DNA of 64,000 nt, from assembly GCA_000004985.1 (NCBI GenBank), contig GG738854.1. One strand, written 5' to 3'. This DNA comes from Naegleria gruberi. Its lineage: Eukaryota. Both the position numbers and the translations under genes were made by a program. The stretch's first letter is position 1. Each line of letters starts with the position of its first letter. Shown here piece by piece: positions 33,624-46,408 of the stretch. Under the pieces are notes generated by a model. That model was not told the DNA's origin and made no database searches. It saw only the letters and a list, made by a program, of their open reading frames with translations.

Positions 33624-34571
33624 ATGTTTAGGTCAACACCAAATTCTTTGAATTCTTCCATTGAAACAACCTATAGTTTAGGATCGACAAACTCACAAAC
33701 CTTTCTCTCTCTGGATATCGATGATTTTTGCGAATCCTATTCCAGACTAAAGTTATTAGAAAGGGATCCTGCTCAAGATGTGATTTCACCTACATTATCC
33801 AATTATACAATGATGAGAAATACGACAATTATTTCATCATCGCCAATTACTTCTCATCAAAACTCTACTCAACCAGAACTATTCGAAACCAATAGGCAAC
33901 AATTCTTCATTGATGAACCAGCTCAGTCATCATTAAATCAACAAGTTTCCAACAATGAATCATCCTTCTCCAAGTTTCTTGCCTTTCTCACAAAACAGGA
34001 TGAAGAGCAAAATTCAATTATTCTACAACATGGACCAATAGATTCGAATAATGTTAGTTCTTCACCACCGACAATGAATCGAATCAACAACCAGAATGTA
34101 GAACCATCGCCAAGAATACATCTATCGTCATCCACTTCTTTCAATCAGAAAAATTACCTTTCGAATAATGCTGATTCGCCGTCCAATGAAAGTGGAAACT
34201 TGCCTAATGTTGGAGAATCAACCAATAATCCAATTAACACTACTTCACCTTCTACCCCAACAAGTATCAATTCTCTCCTCCAAACCATTACTTCACCTTC
34301 GAATAGCTCCAATATGAATCCTAAGGATAGCAAGACTAAACTTGCTTCAAGTCCAAAACGAAAGAATTCAATCGTTTCCACCACTAATTCGAATAATACT
34401 TCCTCATCGTCATCCTCAAACATACCCACACTGATAAATACCAAGTTGACCAAACAAACTAAAACAACAAGGAAACGGAAAAACTCTTCCACTTCTCCAT
34501 CACAACTTTCAATGCAATTTAACTTCCCAATGTGGACTTTTCACTTTTCTAAGGGACGATCTAATAAATAA
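33624..34571 (+). CDS. Hypothetical S/T/N-rich low-complexity protein
   Basis: Long ORF with strongly biased composition. The antisense ORFs inside it are artefacts. Confidence 0.3.
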   Translation: MFRSTPNSLNSSIETTYSLGSTNSQTFLSLDIDDFCESYSRLKLLERDPAQDVISPTLSNYTMMRNTTIISSSPITSHQNSTQPELFETNRQQFFIDEPAQSSLNQQVSNNESSFSKFLAFLTKQDEEQNSIILQHGPIDSNNVSSSPPTMNRINNQNVEPSPRIHLSSSTSFNQKNYLSNNADSPSNESGNLPNVGESTNNPINTTSPSTPTSINSLLQTITSPSNSSNMNPKDSKTKLASSPKRKNSIVSTTNSNNTSSSSSSNIPTLINTKLTKQTKTTRKRKNSSTSPSQLSMQFNFPMWTFHFSKGRSNK

Positions 34572-35078
34572 GGATGATTCGAAATACAATTCATGGATCC
34601 AATGGTCTGTTGAAAGTATGTACTGGAATGTTAATTTAAAGTTGAGTACATTGTTTGTATGGTAAGTGTTATGTTTTCCTTTTTCGTGTAAGAAAATCAT
34701 ATTAGTGAACTAGATTCTTCTCTCGAGTTTGAAAGGTTGATCTAGGGTGGCTATCATACCAATAAAGGTACATTCAAAATATATCCTCGGTAAAAATATC
34801 CTTCCTTGATTTCTAATAATTACTAAATAATTATTTCTTACTTGGAATTGTAATGGTAAATAAAAGGAAGCAAGTCACCAATATTGAAATTTCTATTGTT
34901 CAATTATGTTGAGATATTTACAAATAGGTTTGTAGTAGACAAAATAACATTCCCAACCTAATTGACCATCTATCGTACGGTAGAAGGACCTAAATAAGTG
35001 TTTCTTCTGTAGTACATTGTAATTTTATACAACAAATTACAATTTATTTCCTCACTACTTCCAAATGATGATGTCATT

Positions 35079-36212
35079 TTAATTGTTTTTCCACTTGACA
35101 TAGAGCCAAATAGCAACCTTAATAAATACGAAAAATAAAATTGGTGCAGCAAAACAAAAACAAATAACTCCACCAGTAATGTAAGAAGTGTACAAGTCAC
35201 TGTATGGGTCCAGAGATACTGCTGTTTCATACTTGTTTGTGTAGCAATCTATCATTGAGGAAGAGGGCATAGAGAGGGAAAAAGAACTAGAGTAAGTTTT
35301 GGCAGAGGTCATGGTCACAACTTGATTTCCAACAGCTGAGCAAGTCAACCCAAATCCTTTTTTAGGATCTTGTTGAATTTTGGCACTGCCCAACCTTGGA
35401 AATGAAATGGTAAAGTAACAATAGGAATTCGATTTGTAATAGGAACAACCATTCAGAGTTGCATTACAACATCCTTGATGAACATAAGAAATTCCATTTG
35501 GATCATTATAGCAATAATAATCTGAATTAACAACTCCGTACAGAGCTCCACCTACTCCAAATAATGCCAGTGCAATGAGAACCAGCAAGACACCTCCACC
35601 ATAAATAACGAGTATTCCCTTGGTTTTTGCTGAGCAATCACAATCAATTGAAGAAAATGATGGGCATGAACATGAAATTGTTGGACATTTCCAACTTGTT
35701 CTTCTTCTACTATTGTAATTAGAAGAGGTATTATTGGTAGCACTGTAATTATTATTATTCGAATAGGTTGTGGTTGCAGCTGGTGCAGTTTCCGAAACAG
35801 CCGAAATATTTGAACTATTTGCCAATTCTCTCTGAATGACAGGATCCACTTTCACGTCATCATTATGAATTTTCTGTGGAGGTAAATTCACAACATTCTC
35901 AACTGGTCTTTCACTAATTACCACAATACTCGGTTCACTCACAGGAGGAGCTTGATTCGAATAATCACCACCACCTCCAGAATAATACTGATTAGTATAA
36001 TTAGTATCACTATTCGGATAGGAAGAATAATATTGTGTTGTTGATGAAGATGCTGAATCAATAATGACAGGTGTCGATGATTCAGAGCCATTTCCTCCAT
36101 TTCCACCAACAACATAGGAAGGAACATATGGATTGTAATAATTTACATAACCTCCAACTCCACTTTGATTTGTATCGTTATTTTGTTGTTGTTGTTCTTC
36201 ATACGGATTCAT
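35079..36212 (-). CDS. Hypothetical membrane protein with a P/Y-rich (PY-motif-like) N-terminus and a Cys-rich region with two hydrophobic segments
   Basis: 377-aa ORF. The N-terminus has YYNPYVPSYVVGG and YYSSYPNSDTNYTNQYYSGG. Hydrophobic segments are GILVIYGGGVLLVLIALALFGVGGALYGVV and GGVICFCFAAPILFFVFIKVAIWLYV. Confidence 0.35.
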   Translation of the reverse strand: MNPYEEQQQQNNDTNQSGVGGYVNYYNPYVPSYVVGGNGGNGSESSTPVIIDSASSSTTQYYSSYPNSDTNYTNQYYSGGGGDYSNQAPPVSEPSIVVISERPVENVVNLPPQKIHNDDVKVDPVIQRELANSSNISAVSETAPAATTTYSNNNNYSATNNTSSNYNSRRRTSWKCPTISCSCPSFSSIDCDCSAKTKGILVIYGGGVLLVLIALALFGVGGALYGVVNSDYYCYNDPNGISYVHQGCCNATLNGCSYYKSNSYCYFTISFPRLGSAKIQQDPKKGFGLTCSAVGNQVVTMTSAKTYSSSFSLSMPSSSMIDCYTNKYETAVSLDPYSDLYTSYITGGVICFCFAAPILFFVFIKVAIWLYVKWKNN

Positions 36213-36748
36213 TTCTTCAAATTCTCTAGTTTGTTGTTTTTTAATTAAAAAGAAAATAGATAACTCTTTTATCCTTCAAATAAATGTTGAAGTTTGGCAG
36301 GTAAGTTTTTTAGTTTTTTCTAAAGATGTTTTTATATTTGGGAAGGAGATGTAAGGGTTAAAGTTCCACCAAAATGCCCTTTGAACTTGTTTGGAACTAG
36401 TAGTTTCGATCTTTCCAAATTCTTTCCAATCCAACATGTAATTTCATTTACAGTTTAAATAAAATCAAAATGCAAGTTGTTCAAAAAAAATAGTAATCAT
36501 CATTTTGAGGAAATCAAAATTTAAAATTAAGGAAAAACATTTTGCAAAGACAAAATTCTTTTTCCTCATTTCTCAATAAATTGTAATTTCACATGTTTTC
36601 TAAAACAATTTTTTGTCATTTATGAGAGGGATATTATTCAATATGAAAAACATTACTTAATTTTATTAAATATTAATATTTTTATATTATTAAATATTAA
36701 TTAAATAAAATATTATTTGATTATTTATTTATTTAAATTCAAAAAAAA

Positions 36749-39569
36749 ATGAGTGGATCGGCAGGGAAGGATTTTTCTCATTCTTTGCAAATCCACCTCA
36801 AACAAGCCTTGTTTTATTCATTGTATGGAAGAGTTTCGGAATTGGAAGGTGGAAATTATGAAAACAAAAAACGAGGAAATTCAATGGAAAAGATTGGAAA
36901 GAGGCTTTTGAAGGAATACGAGACAATTATTGAGTGGATGGAAAATGATGGAAGGGAAAATTCATCATCGTTGAATGAATGTAAATGTCTGTTTATGGAT
37001 TGGAATTTATTGAAGAGGAGGTTTAATTATTTAAAATTCAAGTTTTATGCTTCGTTTGTGGAGAGGACACGAAAATTAGATTCAATGATGAAGTGGTTTG
37101 CTAAATTTACGAGAATGATAGTGTTTCCGATTAGAATGCTGAGGAGATTGATATTCTCATCGATGAAAATTCATATCAATTCCGAGTTGAAATCATTGAT
37201 AATTGTTCCGAGAGAAAAGCTGTCGTGGATTGTGTTATTTTCAGATAGAGTCTTGTCGAGTCATTCCAGTATTGCTCAATTATTTACTTGTTGGAAGCAT
37301 GTAAAGGCAGAAATTGAACGAGTGAAAAAATTGAGGTATGGAACGATTGTGGAGAGATTACAGCTCTATTTGGTATTTAGAAAATTGAGTTTAAGACTGG
37401 AGCAACAATCGCGTCATCACTCTTCACATACTCGATTTTTACTAGATTTTGGTTTGAAAGGATTGGAAAAATTCGAGCATGATGTTCACCATTTGAAAAA
37501 GCAACCACTCTCTCCTTCTATTGATAGCTTTGTGCACTTGGCCAAAGTTTACAATCCCATCGAGAATGAAGAGTATTCTGGTATACTCACTTTCGAAATG
37601 CTAGATAATTTATTGGGACATGTTGGTGTAAAATCAACATTTATGGAAAAAAGCGAGGATATAACAATGATATTTTCCAGAATATTGGATTCAATGGAAG
37701 TAATTTCAAATAAGTGTATTAGGAATTTACTATCAAAAGTCAAAGTAAATGGAAAGATAGAAAGGAATCAACATGTCTCAAAATCTCACCTCTACAAATC
37801 GTTCAATGTTTGGAAGTCCATGTTTTCAAAAACAGACAACTCTAAAATCTATCCCTACTGGGAAGAAATTGAGGAATTTATGGATACGTTCATACATATG
37901 AAAGGAAGCACAATCATAAGCTTTTTCATGTATCTTTTCAATGTGAAGACCCTTATAGAATTTATAACTTGTAAACTTCGAGGAACATTTGTAAATGTAA
38001 ATATTAATCAATCTGTAGAGAGCACACTACACCAAGCAAGTGACATGTTGATGAATTTGGAATCAGGACTCAATGAGGAATATTCTGTATTTTCCTTTTC
38101 ATATTTGAGACAAAGTATTGGAGAGATTTGTAATTTTGAAGAATTATTGGAAGAAATAGATTCCAATAGAAAGAAACATGCTCTTCAAAATTTTATTATT
38201 GTAAGTGCTTTAAGTTATTAATTATAATTTTATTCAATATGAAAATGTAGGACCGAATAATTGATAGATTATTCTGTGCATACTTTTTAAAGCAGACTAT
38301 TTCTAAATTAAATAACTCTGCTCAAACTAACTTGTTACAAACTAACTGGATTTTGGAGAATTTTCCATACAAGTTTATGAATGATTTTGTAAATTTGCAA
38401 TCAGAGAGAGGTCAACATTTTTCTACGAAAGTGGATTATTTTATTACTTGTTTAAAGGCAGAATCAACGAGCTCTTTGCAAGAATCTTCTCTCCTCAATT
38501 ATTTACTTTCAATTTATTCAGAAATTAAAACGTAAGTTTATTAAGAACATAAATAGAGATGAAAATCAGCAGTGCTAACGAAAATCCTCTGAAGAAATCA
38601 TTTTTGGGAATATTATCAGAAATACTAGTGGAACACAATGAAACCTCGAATTCGCTTGTTCAAATTTTGAGTAGAAAACTGTCAGGTTTTAACAGAAAAT
38701 ATGTAAAACGATTTTCCAATAGAATTATTAATGATGAAATGGAAATGCTAGCCATGATTAGCAACAATGAATCTGAAACTGTTTCGGAATGGATCACATC
38801 CATGCGAAAGGACTTAATTTTGAAAATGCTCTATTCGTGCTACATTTCTCAAACGGCAAAGTATGCAATTTTAAACAAACTCTTAGAAAATAGAGAACCA
38901 ATCCAGAGAAGTAATATTTTACTTTCCGTCTTGGTTCACTATTCGAGCATTGTAACTGTTGGTACCAATTTATGGATTGAAAACCAAATTCGCTCCCTAT
39001 TGGAAAGGAAAAAACTTGGGCTTATTGAGGATGAAACCATTTTATTGATAAGGAGCTTTAAAGCATTTAGAATTGACAAAATGGAACAATCAGCTGGCCC
39101 TTTAAATTATAATTATGATGGAACCTGGTTTGCTCAACAATTGAAGCTCAATAGAGATTGGAATGAATTGATGCGAAAGATTGCAGATGAAAAGCAACTC
39201 TCAACCATCACAAAAACTCTCTACGCAGCCAATCCTAAGAAGATTGGTAAGATTAAATATGGGAAAAGATGGTATGATGATAATTTGGAGCCAGATAAAT
39301 GGAAACTCAATCCTGAGGATAAAACATGGGAATATGATAAGAGAACACAACAAAAGAATCGATCTAATGATGTCACTAACTCGGAAGAAATTAATCTTAC
39401 TATCAATGATACTTGGCACTTGACTATTAGTACAAAAACATTTTTAATTAACGATCCATCATTCCAAAGAATGATAGTTCCAAAACAAGAAAATAATTCA
39501 TCACTGTGTTCTCTATCAGCATGGGAATCATTAGCCTTGTGTAAATTTACGGAATCAATTCAAAATTAA
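36749..39569 (+). CDS. Hypothetical protein, probably multi-exon (segments 36749-38200, 38251-38531, ~38570-39569)
   Basis: ORF 1 ends at a GTAAGT donor (38201). The next segment follows an AG acceptor (38249-50) in frame and ends at another GTAAGT (38532). The join to the third ORF would need a 38-bp intron, so that splice is uncertain. No domain is recognised. Confidence 0.3.
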
Positions 39570-39577
39570 TAAATTGT

Positions 39578-39907
39578 CTAGAGTAATGGATGAGGAGCTT
39601 CTTCAGATGGTGGATTCTCTTTCTTTTGAGTTTCAAAAATTTCTTTAGATGGAACCTTTTGAATGGCATTCTTGACAGGGAGTGGAGAATCGTGGAAATC
39701 TATTATTCCAGAACTGGAAGGTTTTTCATCTTTTGGAGGTGTATTTACAGTATCATCCTTTGTTTCATCAGTTTCACGTGGCGATTTTGGTGAAAGCTTT
39801 TTCATAATCCACTCAATTTCTCTATCTTCAAAAGGTAATTGGAATTTGAGACAATCTCTCACATGTTTCAATTCAGCCACAGACATTAATAATCTATCCT
39901 CATCCAT
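39578..39907 (-). CDS. Small charged hypothetical protein (109 aa)
   Basis: ORF only. Confidence 0.2.
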   Translation of the reverse strand: MDEDRLLMSVAELKHVRDCLKFQLPFEDREIEWIMKKLSPKSPRETDETKDDTVNTPPKDEKPSSSGIIDFHDSPLPVKNAIQKVPSKEIFETQKKENPPSEEAPHPLL

Positions 39908-39979
39908 TTTTCCACTATATTCGAAATTAAAATTATAATTGAAAATTAAAAGTCAGTTAAACATTCACAATAGAAACAC

Positions 39980-41704
39980 TTACTCTAAAGCCATTTCTTG
40001 TAATACATTTAAAACTACATCAACAACATCACCCAACTTCTTTTCCTTAGCAACATAGGATTGAGCTTCATTGGAATAAGAGTGGTGTGAAGTTGCCATT
40101 GTTCTTATGGAAGGGGTTGGATTATTGAGTGGTTTAATCTTTCCAGGGAATAATTGACCAACACCACCGAATAAAGAAGGGGATGGTTTGCTATTTGTAG
40201 TGCCATTACCATTTGTTTTCTTTGGTGAAACTGAATTTGAAGAAGAGGTTGGTTGAGGAATGAGCTTTGATGTCTTGATGCTTCTCTCAGTGATTGGCAC
40301 ATCCTTTTGCATTCTTTGGAAAGGAGATGAATCAACTTCTTGTGCAACTTGCTTTACAGCCATGAGGGGAGTAGCAGTTGGTGAAACATCATTCGTCAAG
40401 GGCTCCATAGATGGAAGCAAACTGTTTGGTCTAGATCTTGACTCTAAGGCTTGCTCAATGAAAATGTGTACATCCTCAACAGGTGGATATCTCATCAATC
40501 TCTTCAAGCAATAACTTGAATCAGAGGCGAGCAAACTCTTTCTAATATAGTGCAACATGGCAACTGAGATGTGTTCAACGAGTGAGAGATCAATATCCGA
40601 TGAAGAAACCTTCTCAGCTCTGAAACCTCCACAATCCGAGAATATTGCATCCCACAAAATGATTGCATCATCAATGTGGAATTCTCTACCGAAAAGTAAT
40701 CTGACCCATCTCAATAAATATATTTGTGGTTCAATTGCCATCTTGATGAGATGTCTGTACAGTTCTGGATCTTTCTTTTCGAGGAGTAAGTATTGAATTC
40801 TATTTGAAATTTTGAAAATCGGTAAATCATAAGCATCAATCTTTCTTTCTCTATTTAACATTTCATCGAGTGGACTCTTGGTAGCAATTTTGGAAAGAGT
40901 ATTTTGAACCACTGGTTTTTCATTAACAAGGAAGAACTCTTTCATTTTGCTCATTAATTTCTCAAAGAGGCAATATGTATCATGCTCCAAATATTTACGA
41001 TCCAACAAGTTCAGAATGAGTTTCAATTTTTGATCCTCCTCCTCAGTCATCATGTATTCATATTTGGAAATATCTTGGGCATCTCTATATACAACTAACA
41101 AAATTGGTGACAATAACTCGTGCATTCCTTGTCTGTACGAAATATCATCATTTTCTTTCGACCAAATAAATAACATTCTCTTTAAATAATTTTGAATTTC
41201 TTCAGTTCTAAAGAATGGATATTCTGGATACAATCTCTTTAAATCTTGAACAATAACCTTTTCCAATTCTGAATTTTCAAAGAATTCAGACCAAGGATTC
41301 TATTTTCAAATGATAATATCATCATCATCATTAATTGATAATAGATTTTAATAGAATTCATTAATTTGAAATAATGTTAATAAATCCACATTGTTTAAAC
41401 AATAACCTACCGATTGTGATTGTGAAAGAGGATCACAAAATGTAACATCAACAACATCATCCTCTGATGAATTTGCTGCTTGTGTTTTTCTTGGATCAAT
41501 TTCATGCTTTTTAATCAAATCCTCATATCTGGCTCTATCATTATTCACTTTAGCATTCCAATGATCAGTTCCTTCCTTCTTATTCAGTGGAAGTAATCCG
41601 AGAAATATCTTCCAAATGATGGAACGTATGGTTGATTGTCCCAAATTACCAGACAAGGATTTTGTACATAATCCTTGAAGAAGAGAAGTTGAATCTCGAG
41701 ACAT
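39980..41704 (-). CDS. TBC-domain Rab GTPase-activating protein (TBC1D5-like); exons 41704-41411 and 41299-39980, intron 41410-41300 (GTAGGT...AATAG, 111 bp)
   Basis: Exon 1 holds IRSIIWKIFLGLLP and DPLSQSQS. Exon 2 holds NPWSEFFENSELEKVIVQDLKRLYPEYPFF (Arg finger region) and ISYRQGMHELLSPIL (YxQ Gln finger). These are the TBC signature motifs in the correct order, and the splice phases are consistent. Confidence 0.65.
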
Positions 41705-42369
41705 GATGATTTGTTCAAATTCCTTACTAATTAAAATTAATATTAATTGATAATATTCCGAAATTTAAATATATTTAAATATTTTAATATTATTATTAAT
41801 CATAATGATAATTCCAATAATTTAGACCATATTCCAATATATTGTAATCCATTCATTACACGATATTAACATAAAATAATTATAGTAAACAATTTTCATC
41901 ATCATACAAAAATCAAACTCTTCTTTCTCTAACAAAAAACACGTACATTTGCAACATGAAATCATTCACTCTAACCGAGAGAAAAATCTCTTCGTCTTCC
42001 TCATAGGCTGGTTGTGAATTCATTTTAATTATTGTGTGTGCTTCATGTTTGGAGCATTCTCCGAACTATGTTGCTAATCCATCAACACAATATTGCCACA
42101 TCACTTTGCAAAGGCTTGTTGGAGTTTCGCGCCCAAAAAATATCTTGTGTAACGGTCAAAAAAATCATCAAAAAGTGTCTCGGCATGAGATTATTAGGTC
42201 GGAGTTTGATTGTATGAAGAATTGAGTGGATTCATGTATTCATCAATGTATGAGTTTATAGTATGATAGTAGATAAGTGGTGGAGTGATGAAAATTTGTT
42301 ATTTATTTACAAGGAAGAAATACATTCGATTATGAATTTCAAATTGTTGATTACGGAATTATTCTGGTA

Positions 42370-43464
42370 TTATTTCTTCTTTTCCTGCTTGAGCTTCTTT
42401 TCAAGTGCACTGTTGAAACCATTATTTGCATGCGAACCTGAATGGTTTTGTGATTTATGTTTGCCCAAATTTTCTCGACTAGCATAACGCTTTCTATGAT
42501 TGACAAACCATGTCTCTAGTTGTTCCTTGGTCATGCTATATTCAATCTCCTTCAATAGTTCTTGCTTCTGTTCCTCACTTGGATAGGGATAGTCGGGATT
42601 ACGTATTATGAAGTTTTTGAGAATATCAGTGTGTGCCTTACTGTAGGTGGTTCTTTTTCTCTTCCTCTTTGTCTTCTCTTCATTAGAGTCCTTGGTAGAT
42701 TTGGATTTGGAGGATGTAACTTTGGAAGAAACTGATTTGCTTCTTGTGATACGAATTGTTTCAACATCACTATCAGAGGTAGGATCGAAAGAAGTGTCTT
42801 CATCTTCATCTGAGGAAGAGCTTTCATCAGAATCTGAATCCATTGTCTTTCTCTTCTTTGATTGAGGTTCTTCTGCTTGAGATCTCAAATTATAATTCTT
42901 TTTCACACCATCCTTTGTTGTTGATGTAGAACCATTATGTTTTGACTCTACAGAGGTAGTAGGAGAATGAATTGAATCTCCTTGTGCACAAGGAGAATCC
43001 ACCTTCTTCAAATCTCTATAGTACTGTATAAATTTCTGCTCTACTGGTTCTACTTCCTGTAATAATTTAAGAGAACGAGAATCTATTGCACACACCAATT
43101 GGTCAAACATTTTGGATAAATCCCTTCCTGGAATTGTTAATGGAATTATATTCTCTTGTAGTGGATTGGAAAGAAAAGATATTTGATTGGTATCTTTAAA
43201 TAATTCATTGAAATGAAGGAATTCATCATCCTCAAAAGCAAAGCATTCAGTATCTGTCAGATAACTCAAGATGCTATCACAACAAGACCAAGGTTTACTT
43301 GCTTTCATATTTGCTTTTTTGTTTAAGGATTGCATTTTGATGTCATCCCTCAATTGAGTCCTATTAATTCGTCTTTGAGAGGCCATCAATGACTGAACTC
43401 TACGGAATTGATTCCATTCTCTCCAATCTGATGTACCCATCAAATAGACATCCATCATTAACAT
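42370..43464 (-). CDS. TALE-class homeodomain transcription factor
   Basis: The C-terminal homeodomain reads KRKRKRTTYSKAHTDILKNFIIRNPDYPYPSEEQKQELLKEIEYSMTKEQLETWFVNHRKR. The three-residue loop extension (PYP) and the WFxNxR helix 3 are characteristic of TALE homeoboxes. An acidic/Ser-rich region lies upstream. Confidence 0.6.
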   Translation of the reverse strand: MLMMDVYLMGTSDWREWNQFRRVQSLMASQRRINRTQLRDDIKMQSLNKKANMKASKPWSCCDSILSYLTDTECFAFEDDEFLHFNELFKDTNQISFLSNPLQENIIPLTIPGRDLSKMFDQLVCAIDSRSLKLLQEVEPVEQKFIQYYRDLKKVDSPCAQGDSIHSPTTSVESKHNGSTSTTKDGVKKNYNLRSQAEEPQSKKRKTMDSDSDESSSSDEDEDTSFDPTSDSDVETIRITRSKSVSSKVTSSKSKSTKDSNEEKTKRKRKRTTYSKAHTDILKNFIIRNPDYPYPSEEQKQELLKEIEYSMTKEQLETWFVNHRKRYASRENLGKHKSQNHSGSHANNGFNSALEKKLKQEKKK

Positions 43465-43878
43465 GTTCTAAAAATTAACAATTTTACATGTTGTTAATAA
43501 TTAACATTTGATTTGCCATATTGAAAATTTTCATATGTTCAAATCTGACCAGTACCCTTATTATTATTTAAGTCGATCATCACACTTTACAACTTCAACA
43601 TTGGAAATGAAAATCGCAACGATGAACTCGGCATTCAGCACACCATGAACAAGTAAACACATTGATCCAAAAATAAAATCGAAAAAAAATTCGCAGGGAG
43701 TTTTTTCATAATCGTCGCATTAAATTTATAATTGCTCTGCTCCTCTGCTTGCTGTATTTGTGTGATTCATCATCAATTCTGTACAACAATAAGAATATTT
43801 TGTATTTTAAATAGTATTAATACTATATAAACATCATCAGTAGTATATACTTCTGCTAGAGATTTCGAGAGTTTCAAA

Positions 43879-46309
43879 ATGAGTCAAGGAGGAAAGACAC
43901 CATCTTTGGGTGGAACCAACAAGTTGCTCATTCCTAGTTATATTCAAAGAAAGGGACAAATGGGAAAGAGTGATGTTGATGATAAATTGGAAAAAATCAT
44001 CCATGCTATTGATCAAATCTATCAAGAAAATCAATCCCAATTATCTTTCCAAGTTCTTTATACGTAAGTTGTTATTGTTTCTATAGAAAAAGGAGATGAT
44101 TTACCTTGATTCGTGTTATTGTTAATTATTCCATATTTTGTTGATTTGATGGCCTTTTCTCCACTTTCCATCATTTTAATACAACACACAATATGATCAA
44201 CAACAAAAACATGATGATCTACACAACAATAATGATAGATCGGGCTACCAAATCGTTCTTCACAAAAACGGAGACTCATTATATGATGCTGTCAAGAACA
44301 AGCTCAGCGAATACATTCAAGGTGTTAGAGAAAAGACTATGGAATTCACTGATGATGGATTCTTGAAGGAACTTTTAAAACAATGGGAAAAGCACAGAAC
44401 ATCCGTAAGCATGGTCAGAGATATTCTCATGTATATGGATCGTAACTATGTTAAACAATTTAAAAAGACACCAGTTTATGAACTTGGTATCAAACTTTTT
44501 GGTACTGAAGTTTTCCACAAATCTACTTTGGAAAGAATTCAAAGACTTATCATGGATATTATCCTCAAGGACAGATGTGGTGAAGTTGTTGCCGATCGTT
44601 TCTTAATGAAGAGTCTTACACAAATGATGATTGAAATTTCCAAGAAGGATATCTATGAAACTCACTTTGAAAAGAAGCTTTTAGATGAAACTAGACAATT
44701 CTATACCAAGGAATCCAATGAATATTTCGAATCTTCTACTGCTACTGATTATCTTAAGAAGGTTACTCTTCGTTTGAAGGAAGAAAGAGAAAGAGTTGAC
44801 AGATGTATGGACCCTGATACTAAACCAAAAATTGAAGCTGTTCTCAAGAATGTAATGATTGATAAGTATAAGCATAGAATTATTGAAAAGGAAGGATCGG
44901 GATGTATTGCCATGCTTCAAACTTGGAAGGTTGATGATTTACGTCTTGTATTCGATGTCTTGTCACTTGTTGAAGGTGCTTTGGATCCATGTGTTGATTT
45001 GGTTGAAAACTTTTGTAGAAGTGAAGGTTATCAAATTGTTAAAGATAAGAATAAGGAAGAAAATCCAGTCGATTTTATTGCTGACTTGATTGTTTTGAAA
45101 GAAAAGTATGAAGGTTTGCTTGATCGTGCCTTCTCTGTCAAGAAGGGTAAACAATCTGCCAGAGATTCTAAATTCCAAGCTTGTGTTAAGAAAGCTTTTG
45201 ATGATACTATTAATGCCAATGAAAGATTCCCTGAATTCTTGTCACTCTATGTTGACAGCAAGTTGAAGAAGGGTAAGACCCAAGTTAGTGAATCTGAATT
45301 TGATGTTCTCTTTGAACAAGTTATTACTCTCTTTAGACATTTGCGTGAAAAGGATATTTTCGAAAAGTATTACAAGACTCACTTGGCTAAGAGATTGCTC
45401 AATCAACGTTCACAATCTGATGATGCTGAAAAGGCCTTTATCGGTAAATTGAAACAAGAATTTGGTTATCAATTTACTGCCAAACTTGAAGGCATGTTTA
45501 ACGATATGAGACTTTCCAGAGAAACTAATGAATCTTTCAAGTCTTATATTGATAGATTTCCAAACAAGAAACCAGCTATTGATTTGTCTGTTCAAGTTTT
45601 GACAACTGGTTACTGGCCTGTTACTCAATCTATTGCAATTACAGTTCCAGAAACTATTGACAAGTCTGCAAATATTTTCAAGGAATTCTATATTGATTCT
45701 CACAATGGTAGAAAGCTTACATGGCAATACAATATGGGTAGTGCTGATATCAAGGCTAATGGTTATGATAAGAAGTATGAAATTAACGTTTCCACCTTCC
45801 AAATGGTTGTCTTGTTGTTGTTCAATGAAAAGGAAACTATTTCATATGGTGATATTTTGCAAACTACCAAGATTCCAATGAATGAATTGAAGAAGAACTT
45901 GCTTGCTTTGACTGTCAAGACCGCTACTCACCAAAAGTTATTGACTTCTAGCACTGATAAGACTTTGACTAAGGAATCTGTTTTTACTGTAAATAATGAA
46001 TTTGAAAGTAAGCTTATCAAGGTTAAGATTGCACCAATCGTTTTGAAGGAAACTAAGGAACAACAAGAAGAAACTAAACAAAAGATTGATGAAGAAAGAA
46101 AATGGCTTTTGGATGCCACAATTGTTCGTATCATGAAGGCAAGAAAGACCTTGGAACACAGAGACTTGGTCATTGAAGTTACTAAACAATTGCAACAAAG
46201 ATTTATGCCATCTCCTGACATGATTAAGAAGCGTATTGAAAGTTTGATTGAAAGAGAATATTTAGAACGTTCACAAGAGAGTCGTTCCAAGTACAACTAT
46301 GTAGCATAA
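43879..46309 (+). CDS. CUL3: Cullin (CUL3-like); exons 43879-44063 and 44239-46309, intron 44064-44238 (175 bp), ~751 aa
   Basis: The N-terminus LSFQVLYTSGYQIVLHKNGDSLYDAV matches human CUL3 [26 protein letters not shown], and MVRDILMYMDRNYV matches MIRDILMYMDRVYV. The C-terminal cullin-homology and neddylation region reads ...IVRIMKARKTLEHRDLV... Confidence 0.75.
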
Positions 46310-46408
46310 GTTAAATTACTTATAATATTAAAATCATAATTTATTTTTGTAAACTACAACCATATCTCTACAAGTTCAAGGATTTGATCATATGAATGAA
46401 TATAAAAA

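Noticed and set aside
34154-34492. 112-aa minus-strand ORF opposite the S/T/N-rich gene
   Set aside because: It is an antisense artefact of a low-complexity coding region. It has no start context or motif.
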